From an uncultured archaeon (lineage in GTDB: Archaea; Asgardarchaeota; Lokiarchaeia; Sigyniarchaeales; SOKP01): a DNA stretch of 16,463 nucleotides. Each line of letters begins with the position of its first letter. The first letter of the stretch is position 1. A model generated the notes under the pieces. That model was not told the DNA's origin and searched no databases. It saw only the letters and a list, made by a program, of their open reading frames with translations. The position numbers and the translations under genes were made by a program. The stretch covers positions 1-16,463 of the forward strand of contig CAZWEM010000021.1 in the NCBI GenBank assembly GCA_964632315.1, written 5' to 3'. Shown piece after piece: positions 8,560 through 16,463 of this stretch.

Positions 8560-9294
8560 CTACTTTCTCATTAGAATGGCTATGGGAACGCTTGCCTCTC
8601 TCCATTGTCCTATTTTTCCAGAATATTCTAAATCGAGCTTAATCCTTCCATGGTCCCCTAAAATAATCATGAGTGAGTTATCCCTAAGTTGTTTATAATT
8701 ACTTAAAATCCATTTATCAGTTCTAAGTATTAATTTTTCAATCAACTCTTCAGGCGTTCTTTGCTTTAGTGCTTGTTGTTGCTTATGTAAATTTTCAAAA
8801 TCGAGATAATGCATAATTGAAAGAGAGAAATTATTTATTGTTTTTGCGCTCTCCACCCACGTCCCCATATCTGAATCTTTAGCAAGAGAATGAGTTCCTC
8901 CGTCATAACGTTCAATATCTTTTTGTCGACCTATAAAGCAAGAATTTTTTCCATTTTCATTAAGATATTTAAGAAGATGAAATCCATTTGGTTCAACATC
9001 AAAACCACCGAACATAAATTGATGTAATACTCCTAAAGTGTAAGGGTTACGAGTGGATAAAAGTAGCATAACTTCTGAATTGGATATTAGGAATTGAGGT
9101 TTGTGATAAGTAAGCTCAAATAAACCAAAGTTGTCAATAAGATTGATGCTGATGCGATCTACTCCCTGATACTGATCTACTATTTCATTTACGGGAATTG
9201 GTATGGTATCTAATGGAGGGTCAATACCTAGCAATTTTAGAATTGTTGCTGGCATTTGATTAAGATAACATTTTAAAGTTTGAAGTTCACTCAT
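8560..9294 (-). CDS. Short alkaline-phosphatase-superfamily (nucleotide pyrophosphatase-like) protein, apparently degenerate
   Basis: PATILKLLG, INLIDNFG, MIILGDHG and C-terminal EASVPIAI motifs. Only 244 aa, ending 31 bp upstream of nikR on the same strand. Confidence 0.6.
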   Translation of the reverse strand: MSELQTLKCYLNQMPATILKLLGIDPPLDTIPIPVNEIVDQYQGVDRISINLIDNFGLFELTYHKPQFLISNSEVMLLLSTRNPYTLGVLHQFMFGGFDVEPNGFHLLKYLNENGKNSCFIGRQKDIERYDGGTHSLAKDSDMGTWVESAKTINNFSLSIMHYLDFENLHKQQQALKQRTPEELIEKLILRTDKWILSNYKQLRDNSLMIILGDHGRIKLDLEYSGKIGQWREASVPIAILMRK

Positions 9295-9341
9295 GTTAGA
9301 ACTCTGAACATTAATAGTTTAATTTAATTTTTGTTAAATCC

Positions 9342-9361
9342 TTATAATTATATAATTATAA
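9342..9361. promoter_or_regulatory. Perfect 20-bp palindrome in the divergent AlkP-nikR / larC intergenic region (candidate bidirectional TATA or operator)
   Basis: TTATAATTATATAATTATAA equals its own reverse complement. Confidence 0.4.
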
Positions 9362-9437
9362 CAAAATTATTTCATTTAATATTTTTAGTATTCAATTAGG
9401 TTATATTTATTTATACAATTTTAGGAGTTAAAAGATT

Positions 9438-10742
9438 TTGAAATCATTGTATATTGATACCTCTAATTCAGGAATATCCGGAGATATGCTTTTAGCGGCA
9501 TTAATTAGTTTAGTGGATAATCCCGAAGATATTCTAAAGAAACTTAGGGTTTTAAAAGATTATTTACCCAACGTCTCTACTTTTGAAGTAAAATTAACCC
9601 AAACTGAACGTTCTGGAATAACGGTAAGTCAGTTAAAGATAAAAATAAAAGAAGATAAGCATAGTAGATCTTCTAAAACCTTATTGGAGGCATTAAATAG
9701 GTACCTTACAGAATTTAATTTCTCAAAAAAAGCAATTGGATATGCAAATAAAGTACTTGGAGATCTTATTAATGCTGAAGCATTAGTCCATAAAAAACTA
9801 GCTGAAGAAATTCACTTACATGAGTTAAGTTCCATCGACACATTGCTAGATATCCTCGGAACTACCATGATCTTAGAAGAGGTTGGTTACTTCAAGAATG
9901 AAATTATCATATTCACTAGTACTCTTCCATTAGGAGGGGGCGCTGTTAAGGCTGCTCATGGGATCCTTCCCGTACCAGCACCAGCAACACTAAAAATTCT
10001 CGAGAAAAGCAATTTGATATCTAAAGTAGGCCCAATTGATACTGAATTAGTCACTCCAACAGGAATCGCATTGTTAAATGCATTGAACCCTAAAACAACA
10101 AAAAAGCAAATGAAATTTGAAAAAGTTGTTCAGAGTACGGGTGAAAAGGAATTTACAGATTTTCCCAATATTTTAAGAATCTACTATGGAAGTATGGAGG
10201 AAACCCAATTAGAAAAAAAAGAAGTATTATTTGATGATTATGTTCAAGAAATTGCAATTATTGAAACAGATGTTGATGATGTATCTGGAGAAATAATTGG
10301 AAATCTACTAAGCATTATAGAAAAAAAGGATATACTAGATGTTCAAATAATTCCAGCAATGACGAAGAAACAGAGAACAAGTAATATCATTAAGGTATTA
10401 TGTGAACCAAAATTTAAAACAGAGATTATAGATATATTTTTAAGAGAATTGGGTACTCTTGGAGTTCGTTTTCAGATAGTTAAACGTGTTTGCGTTGAAA
10501 GGGTTCTAAAAAAAGAAGCTATTGAAATAGAAAATGAAGAGTATATGATCACCTTCAAAATTTCATTTTATAAATCATCTCAAAATTATCACATTATTAA
10601 TATAAAACCTGAATTTGAAGATTTAAAAAAGGTCAGTGAAAATACAGGATTACCAGTAAAAATTGTAGAATTTTATGCTCAAGAGAAATTGGTTTCTTTA
10701 CGAAATGAATTCCTTAGTAAGAAAGTTAAAAAAAATAATTAA
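9438..10742 (+). CDS. larC: Nickel-pincer cofactor biosynthesis protein LarC (nickel insertase), LarC1+LarC2 fused
   Basis: SGISGDMLLAAL, AEALVH...IHLHE...DTLLDI, AHGILPVPAPAT, ELVTPTG, ETDVDDVSGE, MTKKQR, GTLGVR and KPEFEDL motifs. TTG start with AGGAG upstream. Confidence 0.93.
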   Translation: MKSLYIDTSNSGISGDMLLAALISLVDNPEDILKKLRVLKDYLPNVSTFEVKLTQTERSGITVSQLKIKIKEDKHSRSSKTLLEALNRYLTEFNFSKKAIGYANKVLGDLINAEALVHKKLAEEIHLHELSSIDTLLDILGTTMILEEVGYFKNEIIIFTSTLPLGGGAVKAAHGILPVPAPATLKILEKSNLISKVGPIDTELVTPTGIALLNALNPKTTKKQMKFEKVVQSTGEKEFTDFPNILRIYYGSMEETQLEKKEVLFDDYVQEIAIIETDVDDVSGEIIGNLLSIIEKKDILDVQIIPAMTKKQRTSNIIKVLCEPKFKTEIIDIFLRELGTLGVRFQIVKRVCVERVLKKEAIEIENEEYMITFKISFYKSSQNYHIINIKPEFEDLKKVSENTGLPVKIVEFYAQEKLVSLRNEFLSKKVKKNN

Positions 10743-10780
10743 AAAAAAGAAAAGATCTATGTATTTCTTTGAGATATGAA

Positions 10781-11314
10781 TTAATATTTATCAATATGAT
10801 ATTTGTTCCTTAAGTATTCATCTTCTAAGACATTCTTTGAGAAAGATTTTAAACGCGTTATCTCTTTCTTTAATTCTTTCTCTTTACGAAGTTTTCCAAG
10901 TTCGTGAAATACATCAGCAGCTTCATTAAAAGTTTTTATGCATTCATCGTAATTTCCGGAAACCTCAAGATCTTCTGCTAAAAATGCCAAACTCTCAGCT
11001 ATATCCAATTTTTTACCTATTTTCTTCTGAATTTTCAAAGCTTGGTAAGAATACTTTAAACCTTCCACGTGATTTTTGAATTTAGTATGTGTTCTACCAA
11101 TAGCTCTTAGGACCATTGCCTCTTCTAACTTTAGGTCATTATCTCTCGTGTATTGTAAAATTTTATTTAGAAAAGTAAGCAACTCTGTTTTTATACCCGA
11201 CTTGGAACGATCTATGTGATCAATAGCTTTTTCATAGCTTTCTATTGTACTTCTAATATCTCCTATTTGAAAAAATTCTTTTGACTTTTCAAACTCATCA
11301 ATTGTTGCGACCAT
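10781..11314 (-). CDS. Tetratricopeptide-repeat protein
   Basis: Repeats such as AMVLRAIGRTH...GLKYSYQALKIQKKIG and AESLAFLAEDLEVSGNYDECIKTFNEAADVFHELG. Confidence 0.8.
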   Translation of the reverse strand: MVATIDEFEKSKEFFQIGDIRSTIESYEKAIDHIDRSKSGIKTELLTFLNKILQYTRDNDLKLEEAMVLRAIGRTHTKFKNHVEGLKYSYQALKIQKKIGKKLDIAESLAFLAEDLEVSGNYDECIKTFNEAADVFHELGKLRKEKELKKEITRLKSFSKNVLEDEYLRNKYHIDKY

Positions 11315-11614
11315 TGAAGTCTCAACTTCACTTTGATACGAGTATTTTATTTATATTAGATTATAGAATTAGGATCAATATAAAATATGTAGGGCTCAAT
11401 ATATATATTTTTAGATCTTCTAAAAGTCATGTCAAATATTAAAAAACGGATTTAAAGTTAATAACTTACCAGATTTACTTAACGGAAAATCATTAACTTA
11501 AACTGGGCGTTATGCTTTTTACTTTACTTAAACAACCATTTTAGTAAAACATTAGGGATGTTTAGTCATATATTGGCTTAAAAGAAAACAAAAAAAGAAA
11601 AAAAATAATTTAGT

Positions 11615-12277
11615 TTACATAAGCCCTAGGGGGCCAAAAATAGGGCCAAAAATCGCAAGCAAACCAAAAGCTATCGCGTAGATAATCAATACGACTTTTA
11701 TTTTATCTTTTCTTTCTGGAAGATCATACACGTAAAATGCGCCAACAAAAAACGGAAAATAGCCTATCAGAAAAATAAGTATTGGATCATACCAGTTCCA
11801 CCATGGATATTCCCATATAAGATAACCTCCCAAATTTAACAGAATCTCAACAAAAACACAAAATAGGGTGAATCCTATTGCCAATGCCCATCGATTGGGA
11901 AGCCCTAGTAACTTTTGATTTTTATCTTCTGGTAACAACTTTGCAAATACAATTCCAGCGATTGAAAACATAAACATAATTTCGATGTTCCATCCAATCA
12001 ATACGATAAATCCACTTGCATTTGGGGTGGTCCAAAATGCTGAATATTGAGAAAATGCAAAGACTAATGCATTCCATACTTCGTTAATAAAATCAAGACC
12101 TAATATTGTTAACCCAGCAAATACAGTACTCCAATTTTTTGTTTCTCTTGCCTTCTTTATTTCTACAGCGTAGATATATAATACAATTACTAAAAAAGTT
12201 ACAATGTACCAACCTGTTTCTGGATTTAGTTGCCTGAGTCTTGATAATGCTTCAAGTGAAGCAGCTGTAGGTGCCAT
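11615..12277 (-). CDS. Polytopic membrane protein of unknown function (about 6 TM helices with intramembrane acidic residues)
   Basis: Multiple hydrophobic segments, Trp-rich loops, DFINE / NIE / VEILL acidic motifs, and a GGAGTGA RBS upstream. Confidence 0.8.
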   Translation of the reverse strand: MAPTAASLEALSRLRQLNPETGWYIVTFLVIVLYIYAVEIKKARETKNWSTVFAGLTILGLDFINEVWNALVFAFSQYSAFWTTPNASGFIVLIGWNIEIMFMFSIAGIVFAKLLPEDKNQKLLGLPNRWALAIGFTLFCVFVEILLNLGGYLIWEYPWWNWYDPILIFLIGYFPFFVGAFYVYDLPERKDKIKVVLIIYAIAFGLLAIFGPIFGPLGLM

Positions 12278-12359
12278 CTATAATCACTCCAATATTTTAA
12301 TTTTAAAATTTCTATTTTAAGAAAAAATTCGTTTTTGAACTATTTAACTTTAACTTTGA

Positions 12360-12377
12360 TTTAATTGTACAATTAAA
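12360..12377. promoter_or_regulatory. Perfect 18-bp palindrome upstream of the membrane-protein gene (candidate operator)
   Basis: TTTAATTGTACAATTAAA is self-complementary and lies 83-100 bp upstream of the ATG at 12277. Confidence 0.45.
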
Positions 12378-12471
12378 GTAATTGAATATTGAAAAAAAAT
12401 ATTTTAAATTCAATAGTCTATAAAAAAAAGATTCTTTTCATATCGGAAAAATAACACAGCTGATATCTCAA

Positions 12472-13251
12472 TTATCTTCGAGACTGGTTTGCTATTAAAG
12501 CTGCTGAAGCTCCTGCACCAAACCCGTTATCAATATTTACTACTAATAATCCAGGTGAACAAGATTGTAGCATTGTGGTTAGAGCACCTATCCCTTTTTC
12601 TCCTAATCCATAACCACTCGATACCGGGACACCTATTACAGGTATATCTACTAAAGCAGCTACCACTCCAGGGAGTGTTCCTTCCATTCCCGCGCATACG
12701 ATAATTACGTGGATCCCTTTTTGAATCATCTCACTTAATGGTTTAAATATACGATGAATACCAGCTATACCCAAATCGTAGCTTGTTAATACTTCATTAC
12801 CCATCGATTGAGCAATAATTTTAGCTTCTTCTGCAATAGGAATGTCAGAACTTCCAGCAGTTATAATTCCAATAATTCCACCTTTTTTTTTAAACTCAAA
12901 ATCCTTATACTTAATGATTATTAACTTTGCTAAATCATTAATTTCTACTTGATAAAATTCATTATCAGTATATTTTCGTTTTATTAAATTAAGCTGTTCT
13001 TCTTTATAACGAGAAACAATAGCAAATCTGTTTTTCTCTAAAAAAGCGGTGATTATATCCAAAACCATTTCAGGGGTTTTGTGTTGTGCATAGATTACTT
13101 CTACTATTCCCGTTCTTTCTTTTCTAAATATGTCTAATTTAGCGAATTCTCCAACTTCTTCAATTCTGTTAGCTCTAAGTAGTTTTTCTGCCTCTTCAAT
13201 ATCACATTTACCGGTTAGGAGCTTTTGCAAAATTTTTCGGATATTTTCCAT
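12472..13251 (-). CDS. larB: Nickel-pincer cofactor biosynthesis protein LarB (NaAD carboxylase/hydrolase, PurE-like)
   Basis: AKLDIFRKERTGIVEVIYAQHKT, TAGSSDIPIAEEA, DLGIAGIHR, AGMEGTLPGVVA, PVSSGYG and SCSPGLLVVNIDNGFGA motifs. Start reassigned to the ATG at 13251, because the track's GTG at 13263 lies inside an AGGTGA RBS just upstream of that ATG. Confidence 0.95.
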   Translation of the reverse strand: MENIRKILQKLLTGKCDIEEAEKLLRANRIEEVGEFAKLDIFRKERTGIVEVIYAQHKTPEMVLDIITAFLEKNRFAIVSRYKEEQLNLIKRKYTDNEFYQVEINDLAKLIIIKYKDFEFKKKGGIIGIITAGSSDIPIAEEAKIIAQSMGNEVLTSYDLGIAGIHRIFKPLSEMIQKGIHVIIVCAGMEGTLPGVVAALVDIPVIGVPVSSGYGLGEKGIGALTTMLQSCSPGLLVVNIDNGFGAGASAALIANQSRR

Positions 13252-13530
13252 TTTATTTGTCACCTTTAACTATTATGAATAATTATCCCGATGTATTATA
13301 CGTTCTGGATAACTCTTAACGTTTCTATGTTTATCATAAAGAAAAGTAAAATATATTAAAATTTCCTTTAATTTGTCATTTTTTAAAACGTTTAGAAATT
13401 AATATCATCATCACCTCTCCTATAGAAATTCCATAAGAAAATTGACCATCTTTTAACACTAATCTTATCTTAATGAAAAATGAAGAAAAAAAGTCAATGA
13501 ATTAACATAAAAAAGATTTGAAACCTTTAA

Positions 13531-14778
13531 TCAAAAGGATACTTGTGGAAGCTGTCTAATATAATTTTTAACTAGATTTACTCTGACGGCTCTTTTTTCC
13601 CTTTTATATTTAAGAGGATGGACGTCATTGATGGCAAATTTATAGAGATTTACCCAAGTTTTTGCAATCTCGCTAAGTTTGTATTTTTGAGAATGTAGTT
13701 TTGCGTTTATTCCAAATTGGGCTCGAAGATCGTCATCTTTAAAGAGTTTAATGACGTAATTCTGAAATTCTTGTATATTATTTGCTAAGTAACCCGTCTC
13801 CCCATGAAGTATCACATCCTTTATACCATATGAATTTGCCCCAACACTAGGCGTTCCTTGAGCCATTGCTTCAATCAAAACCAAACCTTCCGCTTCTACC
13901 CATGACCATAAACAAGTTATATCAGCAGCATTATATAATCTTAATAAATCTAAAAAAGGAACCCTTCCTGCATATGAAACAAAATCCTCGTATTTAGGAT
14001 TTTTAACTATACTTTTAACTTTTTCAGTGGATGGTCCCGCACTCCCTACTAATAATAAATGGGATTCTGGTACTTGATCATGTACTTTCTTAAAACTCTT
14101 TATGACTGCAATATTATGTTTTTCTGGTGATAATCTTGATGCATACAACAATACTTTTTTATTATTAAGACCATATTTCTCTCTTATCCCATTTTCTTTT
14201 ACTTCAGAATAAAATAGATCAGGTATCCCATTAGACAAAGAAATTATTGGTTCTCTAAATCTATAATTTCGGAGTAATTCTTTTTTTGATTTTGTAGGAA
14301 CATGAACGAAATCATATTTATCAAGTATGTTGCGTTCATATCTCCATAGTATATCAGATTTCATTAATGCTTTCCCAATAATTGGAAGATACTGAGCAGA
14401 ATAAAATGCCATAGGACTGTTATGTGTCCCTATGATCGGTATACCCAATTCCTTTGCCCATATTATACCCATTAAACCGACCGTCGCATGAGTATGAGCA
14501 TGTAAAACATCTAAATTATCAAAGTCGCAATTAAAATATTTGTTAATCGGGGCACTTAAAACAAAGCCAGTATTAGAATCCACCACTGCACCTCCTAAAC
14601 TATGATAATGAAGAGTTTTTGGAATATCATGACCATTTTCAATTTTAGGAGCAAATACATGCACATTGTGCCCTAATTTAGCTAGTGCCTCTGAAAGAAA
14701 CCTTACAGCATGAGCAGTTCCATTAACTTGACTGTACATGCACGAAAAAAAACCGATATCCAAACGATTTTTACTCAT
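13531..14778 (-). CDS. GT4-family (GT-B) glycosyltransferase, similar to diacylglycerol glucosyltransferases
   Basis: YSQVNGTA, GHNVHVFAP, HAHT, NGI, SRLSPEK and EAEGLVLIEAMAQGTP (Ex7E) motifs. Confidence 0.9.
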   Translation of the reverse strand: MSKNRLDIGFFSCMYSQVNGTAHAVRFLSEALAKLGHNVHVFAPKIENGHDIPKTLHYHSLGGAVVDSNTGFVLSAPINKYFNCDFDNLDVLHAHTHATVGLMGIIWAKELGIPIIGTHNSPMAFYSAQYLPIIGKALMKSDILWRYERNILDKYDFVHVPTKSKKELLRNYRFREPIISLSNGIPDLFYSEVKENGIREKYGLNNKKVLLYASRLSPEKHNIAVIKSFKKVHDQVPESHLLLVGSAGPSTEKVKSIVKNPKYEDFVSYAGRVPFLDLLRLYNAADITCLWSWVEAEGLVLIEAMAQGTPSVGANSYGIKDVILHGETGYLANNIQEFQNYVIKLFKDDDLRAQFGINAKLHSQKYKLSEIAKTWVNLYKFAINDVHPLKYKREKRAVRVNLVKNYIRQLPQVSF

Positions 14779-15108
14779 AGAAAAAAACTCTATTCTACAA
14801 TTACTAAGAATTCTTTTTACTTTATTAAAATATGCATTTATTAAAAATTAAGAGAAGTTTTAATAAATATATGTTAATTTAGATTATCGATTATATAGTT
14901 AGGGCAATTAGATATAAGCTTTTTAAAAAATAATGAATAAATATTAAATGTCTTAGCTTGTTTAGTTTACGGTTTTATGTCGCTTCTACCTAAATTAAAA
15001 ATCAGATTAAATTTTTTTTATCATCAAGATTTATAATTATTTAACTAAATTTTTTTAAGAAAGTTAATATTAAAATCAGTTAAATCCAAAATTAAGAAGC
15101 GAAAAATT

Positions 15109-16332
15109 ATGAAAATTGATTATACGTCTTATAAAGATGTTAAATTAAAAGGAAAAAAAGTTCTCATTAGAGTAGATATTAACTCGAACATCGATACAGA
15201 CAAGATGGAAATTAGAGACTCTCCTCGAATTAGAGCATTAGCTCCCCAATTAAATGAACATTTCAAGAAATGTGCTGTTATAATTTTAGCCCATCAATCT
15301 AGACCTGGCCATGATGATTTTACTGATATGAGTCTTCATGCAAAAGAAATTGAGAAAGAAACAGGTCGACCAGTAAAGTTTGTTGATGACATTTTTGGTG
15401 AGAAAGCTGTAAAAGCAATAAAAGAACTCAAACCGGGTGAAATTTTAGTACTCGATAATGTTAGGAAATTTGAAGGAGAAATGAAAAATTATACAGATTT
15501 TAAAGATGCAGAAAACACAAAATTAGTTCAAACTCTTTACCCTTTAGTAGATTATGTGATTGTTGATGCCTTCGGTGCTGCTCATCGCGCTCACGCCTCC
15601 ATAGTCGGATGGCCAAAAATGCTTGCTGGGCCGATTACAGATGAAGAATTAGGAGCATTAAGAAAAGTGATTGATGTTCCAGATAGACCAATGGCGATGT
15701 TGATCGGTGGAGCAAAAGCAATAGATAAATTTAAAGCAATGGAATTCAATTTCGAAGATGAGAAATTAGATTATGCCCTTTGTTCAGGATTGACTGCAGT
15801 ACTAATTTTCGAAGCTCTTGGTAAAAATATGGGCGAACCAAATCATAAAATTATTGCCAAGGATTTGGAAGAAAACCATAATTTAATTAAAAAAACTTAT
15901 GAGAAATTTAAAGAAAAAATTCTCCTTCCCAAAGATTTAGTCATTGATGACAATGGGAATAGAAAGATCATCACTGTGGATGAAGCGGGGACTTATAACG
16001 TTACGACTGGAGACATCGGTCCAGAAACTGTCAGAGAATTCAAAGAAGTAATTATGAAATGTAAAACTATTATTGCAAATGGCCCTCCAGGTATTTTTGA
16101 AAAGGAAGTCTTCAGAAAATCGACTAACGAGTTGATAGATGCGATGGTCGAAGCGACTAAGAAAAATAAGGCTTTAACAATAATTGGGGGAGGAGAAATG
16201 GGAGCTGCTGCTTCGATGGCAGGTAAAGCTGATGATGTTTCCTTTATTTCAACAGCAGGAGGAGCCATGCTTGAAATTCTTTCTGGTCATGATCTCCCAA
16301 TGATAAAAGCATTGCGAGAAAAGAAGCTTTAA
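15109..16332 (+). CDS. pgk: Phosphoglycerate kinase (archaeal type)
   Basis: RVDINS, AHQSRPG, DAFGAAHRAHAS, GGAK, DIGP, NGPPGIFE, GGG and STAGGA motifs. Confidence 0.96.
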   Translation: MKIDYTSYKDVKLKGKKVLIRVDINSNIDTDKMEIRDSPRIRALAPQLNEHFKKCAVIILAHQSRPGHDDFTDMSLHAKEIEKETGRPVKFVDDIFGEKAVKAIKELKPGEILVLDNVRKFEGEMKNYTDFKDAENTKLVQTLYPLVDYVIVDAFGAAHRAHASIVGWPKMLAGPITDEELGALRKVIDVPDRPMAMLIGGAKAIDKFKAMEFNFEDEKLDYALCSGLTAVLIFEALGKNMGEPNHKIIAKDLEENHNLIKKTYEKFKEKILLPKDLVIDDNGNRKIITVDEAGTYNVTTGDIGPETVREFKEVIMKCKTIIANGPPGIFEKEVFRKSTNELIDAMVEATKKNKALTIIGGGEMGAAASMAGKADDVSFISTAGGAMLEILSGHDLPMIKALREKKL

Positions 16333-16463
16333 CCATCATAATAATAATTTTTGTGAAATTACTAAATATGACAAAAATAATTCAAAAACTAAAAAATATT
16401 TATTTTTTCTCTCTTTTTAACTTATAATATTATATCTTAAAATAAGAAAATAATATATAAAGA

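Noticed and set aside
10781-11314. TPR protein as an alpha-SNAP-like trafficking factor
   Set aside because: Generic TPR pattern, too short, and no diagnostic SNAP motif recognised.
11315-11330. TGAAGT-CTCA-ACTTCA hairpin abutting the TPR start codon
   Set aside because: A 6-bp stem is within chance expectation.
11631-11653. Tandem GGGCCAAAAAT duplication
   Set aside because: Two copies encoding IFGP-IFGP at a protein C-terminus; a local duplication, not an array.
12489-12704. 71-aa + strand ORF
   Set aside because: Antisense to the conserved larB C-terminus.
13252-13263. GTG start of larB given in the ORF track
   Set aside because: The GTG is part of an AGGTGA RBS; the ATG at 13251 is better placed.
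13376-13420. Minus-strand GGAGAGGTGA followed by mini-ORF MMILISKRFKK upstream of larB
   Set aside because: The RBS-like sequence abuts or overlaps the starts, and the 11-codon peptide has no informative composition, so a leader peptide cannot be supported.
15993-16268. 91-aa - strand ORF
   Set aside because: Antisense shadow of pgk.
1-16463. CRISPR arrays, tRNA/rRNA genes, transposases, selenoprotein UGA/SECIS signals, Sir2-type antiphage system
   Set aside because: No repeat-spacer periodicity, GC-rich RNA-like blocks, transposase ORFs or interrupted reading frames were seen. The sirtuin is a canonical Zn-binding deacylase, not a defence-type SIR2 NADase.

Overview
AT-rich archaeal window that looks like Asgard (Lokiarchaeia-like) DNA. 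That assignment is inferred from two longin/roadblock-like proteins, archaeal-type PGK and GlmU-like genes, a standalone TPR protein and GGAGG/GGTGA-type RBSs. It holds 16 credible CDSs: a 3'-truncated GlmU-like nucleotidyltransferase, a putative tandem-longin protein, a Sir2 deacylase followed by a radical SAM enzyme, rubrerythrin, a putative longin-roadblock fusion, an HddA-like GHMP kinase, a 65-aa alpha3-truncated histone, NikR with a His-rich insertion, a degenerate alkaline-phosphatase-superfamily protein, LarC, a TPR protein, an unknown membrane protein, LarB, a GT4 glycosyltransferase and PGK. The best candidate for an undescribed system is a nickel-pincer (NPN) cofactor module. It comprises an AlkP-like gene plus His-insert nikR, divergent from a larC lacking its usual His-rich tract across a perfect 20-bp palindrome, with larB 1.7 kb further on and no larA or larE in the window. 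No RNA genes, CRISPR arrays or mobile elements were seen. All family calls come from motif recognition by eye, without database searches.
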